64,000 nt of DNA, from contig OX597836.1 in assembly GCA_951406725.2 (NCBI GenBank), forward strand, positions 11,036,001 to 11,100,000, in the 5' to 3' direction. The first letter of the stretch is position 1. Each line of letters opens with the position of its first letter. Below are positions 13,443 through 27,521 of this stretch, one piece after another. The notes under the pieces were generated by a model. It was not told the DNA's origin and did not search any database. It saw only the letters and a program-made list of their open reading frames with translations. Source of the stretch: Octopus vulgaris. Taxonomy: Eukaryota. The position numbers were made by a program, and so were the translations under genes.

Positions 13443-13655
13443 GTTTCAAATTTTGTTACAAGGCCAGCAATATCGGGTGGGGTGGGGTAATTCGATTACA
13501 TCAACCTCAGTGTTCAATTGGTACTTGTTTTATCAACTCTGAAAGAGCAAAAGGCAAAGTTTACCTCGACGTCACTTGAACTCAGAACGTATGGACGTAC
13601 GAAATGCTGCTAAGCATTTTGGCCGACGTGCAAACGATTCTGCCTGCCCGCTACC
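13443..13655 (-). mobile_element. tRNA-derived SINE family B (Meta-domain-like), old copy
   Basis: rc of head GGCAGAATCGTT..AAATGCTTAGC..CGTTCTGAGTTCAA, core CTTTGCCTTTT..GATAAAACAAGTACCA, tail GCTGGCCTTGTAACAAAATTTGAAAC. Confidence 0.75.
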
Positions 13656-14640
13656 TTGGTCTTTCTAAATACTGCTACAATTTAAATGTTTATCTACACC
13701 CTGGCTCACTCCATCTAAGAGTAGATAAGTTCAATGTTACATAGTTATCTTTGTTTTGTTGATACAAATCATCAATAGAGTACAGTAAGATCAATGGATG
13801 ATGAGATAATCCGTGTTTTTAAAATGCTGATATAACACCGCTTATCATTGTCCATATGAGAATTCATCTTCCTATGCTGCGAAGTTTCTGACGACGAGTT
13901 TTCCGCACAAGCTCTTAGGTAAACTGGGCCAGCTAAAAACTAAATTTGAAAAAAAATAATTGTAAAATGTAGACAGAGTGAAACAAGATATCACAAAAGA
14001 AAAATAATTTGGATGCCTTGGGTGAAATCTTCAAGGAGTGGTCTATAGAAAAAGATTTGTTTACCAGATGTCATCAAAACAATACTAATAATATATATTT
14101 GTTAAAATTTGCATTTATATGAAATTCCGATATACACAAATTTTATCAAATTTATTCGATCAGCTACTGTAATATATTGTTCAAAATATTTTTCACAAAC
14201 TATTGACCTCTAGATAGGTTACAGTCAATAATTTCCTTGTCAATGTTCTGTTTATCATGTTCTTTTTTTTTTATCAATTTTATTATTTTTTTATTCTTTA
14301 AAATCATTTTTTATCCTTTTTTATTTTTCTTGCGAAGATATTGAAGAGTATAATTATTCAGAAAACATTTTCTTTGCTCCATAGTCAAATTAGGAGAAAA
14401 GACGTTATGAAAAAACAAAACTAATACTATCTCTGTATTAATATTTTTATAGAAATAGCAAATGAAAAATTATTCAAATTCATTCGAAGCGGGGCGGGGG
14501 GGGGGGGTAGCTTTAGAAATTTCGAATATTCATATTTTTTTCACTTAGTCTTAAGAGAATGTCGGATTGACATGCAACATTTAGATGTGACATAAATCTA
14601 GTTTACTTTCTGATATTTTTTTGTTTCTGGCTTTGTTCCA

Positions 14641-15420
<780 letters not shown>

Positions 15421-15742
15421 AGTATATATCTAATGCATGATATGTTCATTGAAACTGATATAATTTTTTCTTTTCCGGGCGTCTTATCTTCACTTACAGA
15501 ATATTGAACAAAACGGATTCATTGCCAAGTTATAAAACTTATTGATGGATTAATAGGCGGACGCAAAAGGTCGTTATTATTTGAATTTCGATATCCATAA
15601 GCTTCTCAGGACGAACAGATACGACGGACAAAAGAGACATACTAACGTCTATGCAATTATCGAAAAAATAAGAAAGAAACTTTTGTTGTATCAGATATAA
15701 GCCTCGGTTATTCAGATTTACTATTGTATATCCGCTGATTGT

Positions 15743-16013
15743 GGGGGCGCAATGGCCCAGTGGTTATGGCAGCGGACTCGCGGTCGGAGGATCGTGGTTT
15801 CGATTCCCAGACCGGGCGTTGTGTGGGTTTATTTAGCGAATACACCTAAAGCTCCACAAGGCTCCGGCAAGGGGTGGTGTCGACCCCTGTTGTACTCTTT
15901 CACCCCCAACTTTCTCTCACGCTTTCTTCCTGTTTCTTGAGTAAAGGTGCGATGGACTGGCTCTCCCGTCCAGCTGGTGGGGAACACATACGCCACAGAA
16001 ACCGGGAAACCGA
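15743..16013 (+). mobile_element. tRNA-derived SINE family C (V-domain-like)
   Basis: GGCGCAATGGCCCAGTGGTTA (A box)...GGTTTCGATTCCC (B box); 3' GCGATGGACTGG..TCCCGTCCAG resembles the V-SINE domain; second copy at 33199. Confidence 0.8.
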
Positions 16014-16019
16014 GCACTC

Positions 16020-16754
16020 ATTACTGAGTGCTCGGGTTTTCTTCTTTGGACCAATTCGCTACCATCTTCTCCATTGGTTCTTTAATATCAATAGCTAAAC
16101 TCTCCGAGGATCTGGACTGTGAGCGTGCATATCGGGCTTCAGTGGCCCAAGCTACCAGGCGTACTAGCTGGGCTTGCTGGTTCTAGGAGTAGATCCCATT
16201 TTCTTTTAAAAATCAGGCGAAACCCCTCGGGGTAGTCACGTCAATGTCCCAATCGAAACAAGTACTCGGATTTTCTTATTAGCAGTGTGATGTATTCACG
16301 GGACCAACTTGTTAACCTCATACCTATTGGTCCTAAAATTCATAGCTAAGCACTCTGAAGGGCTGGCCAACAAGCGTGTATCCCGTGCTTCAGTGGACCA
16401 AGCCAGCAGGCGCACTGACAGGAGTTGCTAATCCTGGGAGACCACTGCTCTCCTAAAAAAGCAGAGGGATCTTCTTGGGACAAGCTACTGACGCGTCAAT
16501 GCTCCGATCATCCCATGCTTATATAATTGTAAATGCGTGCCATATGACATGTTGGTAACACTCACACATAGGCCTTGGTTATTTTCATTTAATATTATTT
16601 GCCCGCAGGTGATTGAACGCTCAGATTTTCTTATTCACGTGACCGATTTGCCAACCTCTTCTTCATTGGTTTTAATATCCATAGTTAAAGTCTTCGAAGA
16701 GCTGGACTACAGGCGTTGAGTTCGAGCTTCAGTGGCCCAATCTAGCAGGCGCAC
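16020..16754. repeat. Three diverged direct repeats of a ~100-bp GC-richer block
   Basis: Blocks ending GCTTCAGTGG(C/A)CCAA(G/T)C..(C/G)CAGGCG(T/C)AC at ~16060-16165, ~16314-16416, ~16653-16754. Confidence 0.8.
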
Positions 16755-16994
16755 ATACCAGCATCGGTTGTCAAGCGATGTTGGGGGGACAAACGCAGAC
16801 ACACATATATATACCTATATATATACATATACGACAGGCTTCTTTCAGTTTCCGTCTACCAAAACCACTCACAAGGCTTTGGTCGGCCCGAGGCTATAGT
16901 AGAAGACACTTTCCCAAGGTGCCACGCAGTGGGACTGAACCCGGAACCGTGTGGTTGGTAAGCAGGCTACTTACCACACAGCCACTCCTGCGCC
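16755..16994 (-). mobile_element. SINE family A, 3'-truncated, young
   Basis: Near-consensus head and body to ACCAGCATCGGTTGTCAAGCGATG. Confidence 0.9.
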
Positions 16995-17052
16995 ATATAT
17001 ATATATATATGTATATGTATATATATATGTATATATATATATGTATATGTAT

Positions 17053-17134
<82 letters not shown>

Positions 17135-17369
17135 GTACATGTGTGTGTGTGTATGTGTGTGATTTCCTTATGAAGCATATGGACTACAGAAGAATGCTAA
17201 TCATAATTCCAGCAGAGATTTTCTAAGGAATCTGTAGCGTTAAACAAGATAAGAAATGATCTCGGGAGGGAGAGACGGAACGAAATTCTAGTGGACGATA
17301 CAAAAAAAAAAGCCACGTCACACCTCTACTCATCATCGGCCATTACAATATATTACACTTGATCATTTC

Positions 17370-17490
<121 letters not shown>

Positions 17491-17574
17491 ACACATATAT
17501 GCTGTTTTCATTTGCCATATATAAGTATCTCATTACACGACATTAGAGATCTGCGCCATCATTATTTGCGAAGT

Positions 17575-17592
17575 TACCTTCTCTTCTTCTTC

Positions 17593-17658
<66 letters not shown>

Positions 17659-17998
17659 TCACTACTACTACTACTATTACTACTACTACTACTGCTGCTG
17701 CTGATGATGATGATGAGGATGATGATGATGATGATGCTGGTGTTAATTTTCTTCCTCCTTTTTCCTGTGAAAATCGATCGAATTTCATAAAACGTGACGT
17801 TGATTCGTGAAGGGATATACCTCTTATTTTCCCCTCCTTTTTTTATTTTTATTATTGTTGTTGCCTTTATCCTAATGATTATCATCATCAACAGCTTCTT
17901 CTTCTTCTTCTTCTTCTTCTTCTTCTTCTTCTTCTTCTTCTTCTTCTTCTTCTTCTTCTTCTTCTTCTTCTTCTTCTTCTTCTTCTTCTTCTTCTTCT

Positions 17999-18033
<35 letters not shown>

Positions 18034-18135
18034 ATCTTCTTCCTCCTCCTCTTCTTCTTCATCTTCTTCTTCCTCCTCTTCTTCTTCTTCTTCTTCCTCC
18101 TCTTCTTCTTCTTCTTCTTCTTCCTCCTCCTCCTC

Positions 18136-18167
<32 letters not shown>

Positions 18168-18190
18168 CCTCCTCCTCCTCCTCTACTTCT

Positions 18191-18222
<32 letters not shown>

Positions 18223-18900
18223 TTCTTCTTCTTCTTCCTCCTCCTCCTCCTCTTCTTCTTCTTCATCTTCTTCTTCTTCTTCATCTTCTTCTTCTTCATC
18301 ATCTTCTTCTTCTTCATCTTCTTCTTCTTCATCATCTTCTTCTTCTTCTTCTTCTTCTTCCCCTTCTTCTTTTTTTTCCCCTTCTTCTCCTCCTTCCTCT
18401 TCCTCCTCCTTCTTCTTCTTCTTCTTCTTCTTCTTCCTCCTCTACTTCCTCGTCTTCTTCTTCTTCTTCTTCTTCTTCTTCTTCCTCCTCCTCTTCTTCT
18501 TCATCTTCTTCCTCCTCCTCTTCTTCTTCATCTTCTTCTTCCTCCTCTTCTTCTTCATCTTCTTCTTCTTCATCTTCTTCTTCTTCATCATCTTCTTCTT
18601 CTTCCCCCTCCTCTTCTTCTTCATCTTCTTCCTCCTCCTCTTCTTCTTCATCTTCTTCTTCCTCCTCTTCTTCTTCATCTTCTTCTTCTTCATCTTCTTC
18701 TTCTTCATCATCTTCTTCTTCTTCCCCCTCCTCTTCTTCTTCATCTTCTACCTCCTCCTCTTCTTCTTCATCTTCTTCTTCTTCTTCATCTTCTTCTTCT
18801 TCATCATCTTCTTCTTCTTCTTCTTCCCCTTCTTCTTCTTCTTCCCCTTCTTCTCCTCCTTCCTCTTCCTCCTCCTTCTTCTTCTTCTTCTTCTTCCCTT
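17575..18900. repeat. (CTA)n/(GAT)n then ~1-kb (CTT)n-derived tract with 120-bp internal duplications
   Basis: 18481-18600 and 18601-18720 are nearly identical. Confidence 0.9.
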
Positions 18901-19135
18901 ATGTCCTTCTCACATTCGCTTACTTTAAGACACACAAGAACAATTAAGCCGCAACGAAACGATGGAACAAAATTTAATGTAAAGACGAATAACGCTTCTC
19001 CTATACACTCTCAGCCGTATACATAGGCACACATGGCCACACACGCATGCACACACACATAGCTAGACACACATACACACACACACAAGCTCAGAACACA
19101 GACATATACATAAACATGTGCAGGCACACACAATG

Positions 19136-19169
<34 letters not shown>

Positions 19170-19239
19170 CCCATTCTTCTTTCTCTTTTTTTCATTCCTT
19201 CTGTCTCTCTTTGTCTCCCTCTCTTTTCCCTTTACACAC

Positions 19240-19281
19240 ATACACACGTGCATAAATATACACGCACATATATGCACACAC

Positions 19282-19316
<35 letters not shown>

Positions 19317-19390
19317 CGTACATATATACATATATACGCATATATGCATATACACATATATACTTATATTCATATATACATGTATATGCA

Positions 19391-19422
<32 letters not shown>

Positions 19423-20080
19423 CTTATATACATATATATATATACGTACATATATACAGGGGCATATATACATATGTACAAATATACATACGTACATATA
19501 TACACGTATATAAATGTATACACGTACATCATACAGGCACAAATATACACACATACTTATACGCATGTGTACATGTATATTCATATATACATACGTACAT
19601 ATATACACAGATACATATATACACGTGAATATATACACACGTACATATATACACGTACATATATACATACACGCACATATATACACACGTACATATATAC
19701 ATGTACATATATAGATACAACTACATATATACACACGTACATATAGACACTTACATATATGCATACAGGTACATATATATACACACGTACATATATAGAC
19801 GTGCATATATACACACGTACATATATACACATACATATATACATAGAAGTACACATATACACACGTACATATGTACACGTGCATATATACACACTTACAT
19901 ATATACATACAAGTAGATATATATACACACGTACCTATATACATAGAAGTACATATATACACACGTACATATATACCCGTACATATATACATACAAATAC
20001 AGATACACACACACACATATACACACACACACAATACACACATATATATTTATAATACACACGTATATATATATATATAT
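19240..20080. repeat. Degenerate ~16-bp minisatellite (ACATATATACACACGT)
   Basis: Repeated ACACACGTACATATAT units. Confidence 0.85.
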
Positions 20081-20579
20081 AATCCATATTCCATTTCACA
20101 TAATGGTCTTCCTTTGTTCCATGCTAACCAACCCATTTATTAATAGAAAACTCTTACGTGTCCTTCAGAATAGTCACGATTTACGAAAACTATAAAATTC
20201 AGGAAGAATAAATATCTTCGATAGGAAGTCTATCACCCAAAACTCTCTGAATAACTTCTCGATGATAGATTTGTTCAAATTCTCCAATGCAACATGCACT
20301 TTTTCCTAATCGGACAAAAGTTTTAACCACAATCTAATACGATTGCTTGCTCAGTTCTTCAGAAAAATAACCTCCATTAAAGGGCTGATTAAACTGGCAT
20401 CGAAAGCCTCAACATCTATTTTTTTTTTGTTTTCGTTTTTGGTGTATATTTTCTCTTGTGTATAAATTGTCCGAATGCATTTATGAAACAATTTGCCCAG
20501 ATGTACGTGCAAAATAAAACACATGGCTTGTTTTAGATGATTGATATATTCTATTGTAATATATGTGGTATAATATATT

Positions 20580-20782
20580 GCTTTCATATTTTGGCTCAAG
20601 GCCAGAAATTTGGGGGAAGGAGGTGAGGTCGATGACATCGACACCAACGCTCAAGAGGCACACATATTATAGACCCCGAAAGAATGACAGGCAAAGTCAA
20701 CAATCAGCAGAATTTGAACTCAGATCGCAGAAAAGAGCGAAATGCCGATAAACTTTCTCTCTGGAGTGCTAACGATTCTGTT
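20580..20782 (-). mobile_element. SINE family B, old copy
   Basis: GACCCCGAAAGAATGACAGGCAAAGTCAAC...GAATTTGAACTCAGA...TGCTAACGATTCTG. Confidence 0.75.
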
Positions 20783-20799
20783 AGATCATCGTCATACAA

Positions 20800-20855
<56 letters not shown>

Positions 20856-20858
<3 letters not shown>

Positions 20859-21051
20859 GGTCCCGGGTTGAGTCGGCGTTAACCACAGTAAATAAGGTAC
20901 TCAATACATAGCAGAGTAAAGTAATTTATTTTATAGAAGGAGCTTCTACAGGACTAGAACTGTTTCATTCAGATGAAATCTTCAGGAAGCTTCCTGAAGA
21001 TTTCATCTGAATGAAACAGTTCTAGTCCTGTAGAAGCTCCTTCTATAAAAT

Positions 21052-21054
<3 letters not shown>
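20856..21054 (-). mobile_element. Palindromic hammerhead-bearing Penelope-type short element in (TA)n, copy 1
   Basis: 130-bp perfect spacer-less palindrome 20925-21054 plus a ~70-bp unique flank; inverted homologue at 56673-56872. Confidence 0.8.
20988..21038 (+). ncRNA. Type I hammerhead ribozyme motif (mirror copy on minus strand at 20941-20991)
   Basis: Stem I AGCTTC/GAAGCT, core CTGAAGA, stem II TTC-ATCT-GAA, GAAA, stem III ACAG/CTGT, GUA cleavage triplet at 21030-21032; position 10.1-11.1 is a U-U mismatch. Confidence 0.75.
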
Positions 21055-21133
<79 letters not shown>

Positions 21134-21341
21134 GTGTGTGTGTGCGTACGTATTACTTGTGTTTGCCTTAAATAATTGTAAATAATATAATGTAAATTAA
21201 ATATACACCATCTTGTAAGAAAAGTACATTAATATTTAATAATTAATGTTATAAAGTTTAATAAGGGGCTCAAATTTCACCAATGATAACACTTTAAGAT
21301 CAGAAGCCACGAGAGCCAATGCCTGGTACTACATCAGGGTA

Positions 21342-21482
<141 letters not shown>

Positions 21483-22543
21483 TTATGGGTTTTTCTTCTT
21501 CTTTCAAATTTGTTTCCATTTCTTGCCGAAATGATGGAAATGAAGTTAAATTAAAATACATGGGTAGTAATAGTTCTCACATCGACAATGCTCTTCTCAA
21601 TACGTGTGATGTACCAGTTAAGACAATTTTTTGCACTTTTTGCAGGGATGGTAAGCCAGGGATCATTCTCATATAATTTTCGCTTCCCTTCTTGATCATT
21701 CCTAGTGCACCTACGATCACTGGTATTGTAACCGCCTTGAGATGCCACATTTTCTCAATTTCGATGAGCAGGTCTTTATATTTTCTGAGCTTGTCAAATT
21801 CTTTCGCCGAGATATTATGATCACAGGGGATGCTCATGTCGATCAATAAGCAAACTTTATTGTTTTGGTCTAACACAACAATATCCGGCTTATTGGCTTT
21901 GATGGTTCGGTCTGTATGTACTGGAAAGTCCCACAGAATCGTTACATTTTCTCCTTCAGTTACAGCTTCAGGGTGGTGATTATACCACTTGTCGGCAGTT
22001 TTGATATTATAATGCCGACTTATTAGCCAGTGTAGATATTGGCCAACTCTGTCATGTCTTAATTTATACTCCACTGGTACTAAGACATTACATCCAGAGA
22101 TTAGGTGGTCCACTGTTTCAATCATGTCGTTGCAGAATCGGCATTTTGGGTCTGCTCCATTTTTCATCACATTGGCCTGGTAGTTCCAGGTTAATAGGCT
22201 TTGATCTTGAGCAGCCAGGATGAAACCTTCGCTCACTGTTTTTAGCCCTGAGCTCCGTAGCCACTGATGGGTTTGCTTCTGGTCAACATCAGCTTGTTAG
22301 CTGCGGGCCACATATTTGCCGTGCAGAGGTTTCTCCTCCCACCTATCAGCCAATTGCTCGTGCGCTTTTTTTGATGCCATCATTTTCACCTTCTTTGCAA
22401 CAATAGTTGCCGTACTTCCCTCGGGTTGTTCAGTTTGGGTATCCTGCACGAGATCAATAGGAAATTTTTTGCTTTCCTTTATGATAGAATGAAGCTTCTT
22501 TCGCCTCTCGTGATTTTCCACGAGCTTTAGCATCCAGTCATTC

Positions 22544-22545
<2 letters not shown>
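21483..22545 (-). mobile_element. 5'-truncated R4/Dong-clade non-LTR retrotransposon inserted in (TAA)n
   Basis: Encodes KPLHGKY..WLRSSGLK..EGFILAAQDQ, zinc knuckle CRFC..ETVDHLISGC, RHD, KPDIVV..IDMSIP..K..KY, IPVIVGALG; TAA arrays on both sides. Confidence 0.93.
21577..22545 (-). pseudogene. C-terminal ORF remnant (CCHC + restriction-like endonuclease) of R4/Dong retrotransposon
   Basis: Track ORF 21577-22236 continues in frame upstream across a single TAA stop at 22297-22299; RT domain absent. Confidence 0.9.
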
Positions 22546-22625
<80 letters not shown>

Positions 22626-22753
22626 TATAATTATTATTATTATTATTATTACTATTATAATTATTATTATTATTATTATTATATATTATTATTACTATTA
22701 TTATTCTTATTATCATTATTATTATTATCGTTATTATTATTATTATTATTATC

Positions 22754-22791
<38 letters not shown>

Positions 22792-22801
22792 CATCATTAT
22801 A

Positions 22802-22836
<35 letters not shown>

Positions 22837-23000
22837 CATTATTATTATTATTATTATCATTATTATTATCACTGTTATTATTATTACTATTATTATTATC
22901 ATCATTATAATAATAATAATAATAATAATTATTATTATCATTATTATTATCATTATTATCATTATTATTATTATTACTATTATCATAATTATCATTACTA

Positions 23001-23037
<37 letters not shown>

Positions 23038-23112
23038 CATTATTATTATTATTATTATAATTATAATTATTATTATTATTATCATTATTATTATCACTGT
23101 TATTATTATTAC

Positions 23113-23154
<42 letters not shown>

Positions 23155-23155
23155 C

Positions 23156-23193
<38 letters not shown>

Positions 23194-23222
23194 CATTATC
23201 ATTATTATTATTATTACTACTT

Positions 23223-23253
<31 letters not shown>
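22546..23253. repeat. ~700-bp (TTA)n-derived array
   Basis: Direct inspection. Confidence 0.95.
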
Positions 23254-23254
<1 letters not shown>

Positions 23255-23878
23255 GGTGGAAGCAATCATGTAGAACTTAATATATACACCAAGTGCAACT
23301 TCTGCTATTACATCTAGTACTTGAGCGTGTTTTTAGAAGTCATGAATTTGTTCTGTTCTTCAAAACTTTTTAATAGACCATTAACAGTCGGATTTTATTA
23401 TTGGGAAGAATCAGAGATAAGAATGGATATGTTTTCACCCAATGCAGATTTTCATATTAATATCCTTTCGAATTATGTTATTTTATTTTTACATTTCTTT
23501 GTTTTTTTAAAATTTTTTTTGTGTTGTTTCGATTCTTTGAAAGAAACATATTAATTCTTTAACGATCAAATACGTGGCAATAAATATATAAGAAAAAAAA
23601 AAGAGGATAGAATATATATAAACCAAAAAGTTTAAGGAAAAGAAGAAAGAAAGCAGAAAATCAAAACAGAGAGATAGAGAATGCATGTTGTGTTTTGTTG
23701 CGTATTTGTGAAGGGCGGGCGGTTGGGATACTTTATTGTTAAACGAATATTATATAAAAATAGAAGTTAAATTAAATGGAAAAAAAATTACTTGGATTTT
23801 TTTTGTTAAATATTTTTTTTCAGTTTTCAAAAGAACAGAAAGGAACTCACGCTCACACGCACAGAAACTCACATAGAC

Positions 23879-23958
<80 letters not shown>

Positions 23959-24304
23959 GTGTATGTATTTATGTTATGTTATGTTACAAATTTAAAATTC
24001 GTCTTGTTTATCGCTCCCTCGCAAATATATTTCATGTACATTAATAAACAATATAGAAAAAAAAACTACAACAAAACAAAAGAATAGAGAACAAAAACAC
24101 AACAGGCGAGATGGATGAAATATTCATATCTCGATCACTGAAACTAAGGTTTCAATTACTAATAGCCCGGGATTGTGTCTCGCCGAGTTTGATAACAATC
24201 GAAAATTACTTTAAATGTAAAACTTGTGGCGAAACGATTAAATTTTCTATGAATTCGCAATAATCTTATCAATCAGGTCCATCGATTTCAGTTATTCTAT
24301 TCTA

Positions 24305-24347
<43 letters not shown>

Positions 24348-24370
24348 AGTTAGTTACACGTATATATTTA

Positions 24371-24407
<37 letters not shown>

Positions 24408-24473
24408 GTTTATATTTATATTTATATTTATATATATATATATATACATACATACATATATATATACATATAG

Positions 24474-24520
<47 letters not shown>

Positions 24521-24649
24521 CACATATATATGTAAATATATATATATATTTATATACATATATATACAATGATATATATGTATGGATGTATATGTATGCA
24601 TATATATTATTATTATCATTACATATATATATATATATATATGCGTATG

Positions 24650-24682
<33 letters not shown>

Positions 24683-24689
24683 GTATATT

Positions 24690-24736
<47 letters not shown>

Positions 24737-24822
24737 GTTGTATTTTGTATTTTTATTTTTGTATTTTTCTATAGTTTAGCGTAAATCAAGAAACTGAGTC
24801 CTAGAAGAATAGGTCTACTTGT

Positions 24823-24884
<62 letters not shown>

Positions 24885-25233
24885 AGCGATGCAGTGTAAC
24901 AAAATTGCTTTAGAAAAAAGAAAGCGTAGATGTCTTTGTTAATTTCGTAAACACAGGAGACTGGAATAATGGATGCCCCCATTTCCTTATGTTATTTTTT
25001 TAAATATTTTTTTTAATATAATTTTATTATCATTATATTTTTTCTATAAATTCTGAATTACAATAACAACTGATAATTGATATCTCTGTTATGGACTAAA
25101 TGTGTTTTATATTAATATTCGATTACCAGCCACCGAGTTCAATAAATGGTATTGATTCTCTGTTAGTGGTATATCTCTTCTTTTACGTAAAGTATCGATG
25201 TAAGAGATCGAAATCAGCCGCCATCTCAGTTAT

Positions 25234-25981
25234 ATTACAAAATATCTCCATTCCGTTAACGATTAAATTAAATTTCAGAAATCATCTCCCTTGCCCCTCT
25301 TGGCAAGTATTTTCATTAAATCTAATCAAAGATTAAGTTTATTTTCCAGATCTTTACGTTCTGAGTACAAGTTCCACCGAGGTCAACATGGGCTGACATC
25401 CCTTCACGGTCAATAAACACAGACACACAAACATATACAAACACATACACACATATATACATATACATACATATATACGACGGGCTTCTTTCAGTTTCCG
25501 TCTACGAAATCTATTCACAAGGCTTTGGTCGGCCCGGGGCTATAGTAGAAGACACTCGCCCAAGGTGCCACGCAGTGGGGCTGAACCCGGAACCATATGG
25601 TTCATAAATTACTAAATATCTCCATTCAGTTAACGATTAAATTAAATTTCAGAAATCATCTCCCTTGCCCCTCTTGGCAAGTATTTTCATTAAATCTAAT
25701 CAAAGATTAAGTTCATTTTCCAGATCTTTACGTTCTGAGTACAAGTTCCACCGAGGTCAACATGGAATGACATTCCTTCACGGTCAATAAACACAGACAC
25801 ACAAACATATACAAACACATACACACACATATACATATACATACATATATACGACGGGCTTCTTTCAGTTTCCGTCTACGAAATCCACTCTCAAAGCTTT
25901 GGTCGGCCCGGGGCTATAGTAGAAGACACTTGCCCAAGGTGCCAAGCAGTGGGGCTGAACCCGGAACCATATGGTTCATAA
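25234..25981. repeat. ~374-bp tandem duplication containing unique DNA, a SINE B fragment and a SINE A fragment
   Basis: ATTAC(A/T)AAATATCTCCATT... starts at ~25234 and ~25608; the two units differ by scattered substitutions. Confidence 0.92.
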
Positions 25982-26010
25982 ACAAGCTACTTACCACACA
26001 ACCACTCCTA
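25790..26010 (-). mobile_element. SINE family A 5' half (duplicate at 25416-25605 lacks the extreme head)
   Basis: GACGGGCTTCTTTCAGTTTCCGTCTAC...GCTACTTACCACACAACCACTCCT. Confidence 0.85.
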
Positions 26011-27521
26011 CGACACTTCTACGCATATATTTGTTTGGAATAAGATTTTGGATCATGATCGTACAATAATCTGGACTGCAACAAAGCAACCTGTTGAATT
26101 GTAGAATACGAAAGCAGGCAATATGGAATTAATAGTTTAGAAATGTTTATCTCTCAATGCTTTAATCTTCTATTTATTTTCATTGCTAATTTCTCTGATA
26201 ATTATTATATGTAGAAAGTTGTAATACATAAACCTCTCTAATAAATAATCTATAATCGGAACTATATTTAAACATACTGAAATTCTACGTGTTATTGTTT
26301 TTGTTCATCTTTTGTTATTTCTTTCTAAATGCCGCATAGAAAAATATTAAGTAATTCTTCAAACATCATTATTTCGAGAGTTTAGAATTTGACAAGAATT
26401 ACCTTTGGCAATAAATGTCTGAAATTTTCAGACTTGCAATTATCAAGTTGACGTTTATGACTGTAAATTGCTCCATTTTGGTTATAAATTACCGCCATCT
26501 TCTATTTGGCATGATGTCAACGTAACTTTCTCGTTTCGTAACCTACACAACGCTAATAAAACCTGAGGCACAAACTATGATTAAATAAATACTGTATAGT
26601 CTGAAGTTTAACCGAGTATTATGCTACTAAATGAAGCAAACTGAGCAGAATGGAAGTTATCCAACAGATGATATATTTATGTAAGCTTCTTAATACTAAT
26701 ATCAATGATATATTTATTATATCAAAACAAACTGCCGTTTTGTCAGAAACATTAGATTTATTAATCATTGTCGTAGATGCAGTGATAGATAAAAACAAAT
26801 ATCATAAAACAATGTTATTGCAATAGAAGAAAAAACTCAAATTTAATAGCTTTCAGCTGTTAATATTTTCACATTAAGGCGTTTCGTCAGATGTGACGAG
26901 ACTGTCGCTTTTGCAGGAACATTAGTCGAAGAAAAAAAAATGGAGCTCAAGGTTAAGCCCCCCCTAGTTAAAGGTCGTTGTAGGGACATGGTAACTGATC
27001 CATATCTGGTCAAGGAAAAACATGACAAGTGTGGAAACTTGAGAAATGATTATTAGTGTCTTAATATTATCGTTAATGAGATCTATCAGAGCCAATAGTC
27101 ACACAGATCAATGAGCAGCGTTTCGGACCGTAACTACATTCATTACCGTTGCTTAGCCACCACTTCCTAATCGACAAACCCTGTAATCGAAAGCTTTCCG
27201 GCCGTGACCAACGATTTCACTCTTACCGCCAAAGACTATCCATCAACACGATTGGAACTGATTTGAGGCAGATGTCGCTGCTATATCTAACAGGTTGAAC
27301 GACTCCATTGATCACCAGCCACCAATTAACTTGGCTTCGTTTCAGCTCGTTTCTGGGTTTCCTCTATTGTCTATAAAACCTTGACATATGCTAATAAATG
27401 CTAGGAATTTATACAAAATTATTCAGATTAATGTATCTAAACCCATAAATATTTTCTTTCCAGAACATATTTCAAAGATTTTCACTCCGTTTCTTACAGA
27501 AATAAATATGATTATATTTCG

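Noticed and set aside
11509-13449. Long poly-S/F/L/E/K ORFs
   Set aside because: Products of (CTT)n and related triplet tracts open in several frames.
15743-15815. tRNA gene
   Set aside because: A/B boxes belong to a SINE head that continues into a repeated body; no proper cloverleaf. The same applies to other SINE heads.
17794-19026. 410-aa ORF, the longest in the window
   Set aside because: Entirely (CTT/CCT/CAT)n low complexity.
22546-23269. Poly-Ile/Asn extension of the retrotransposon ORF
   Set aside because: Chance in-frame read through the (TAA)n target array.
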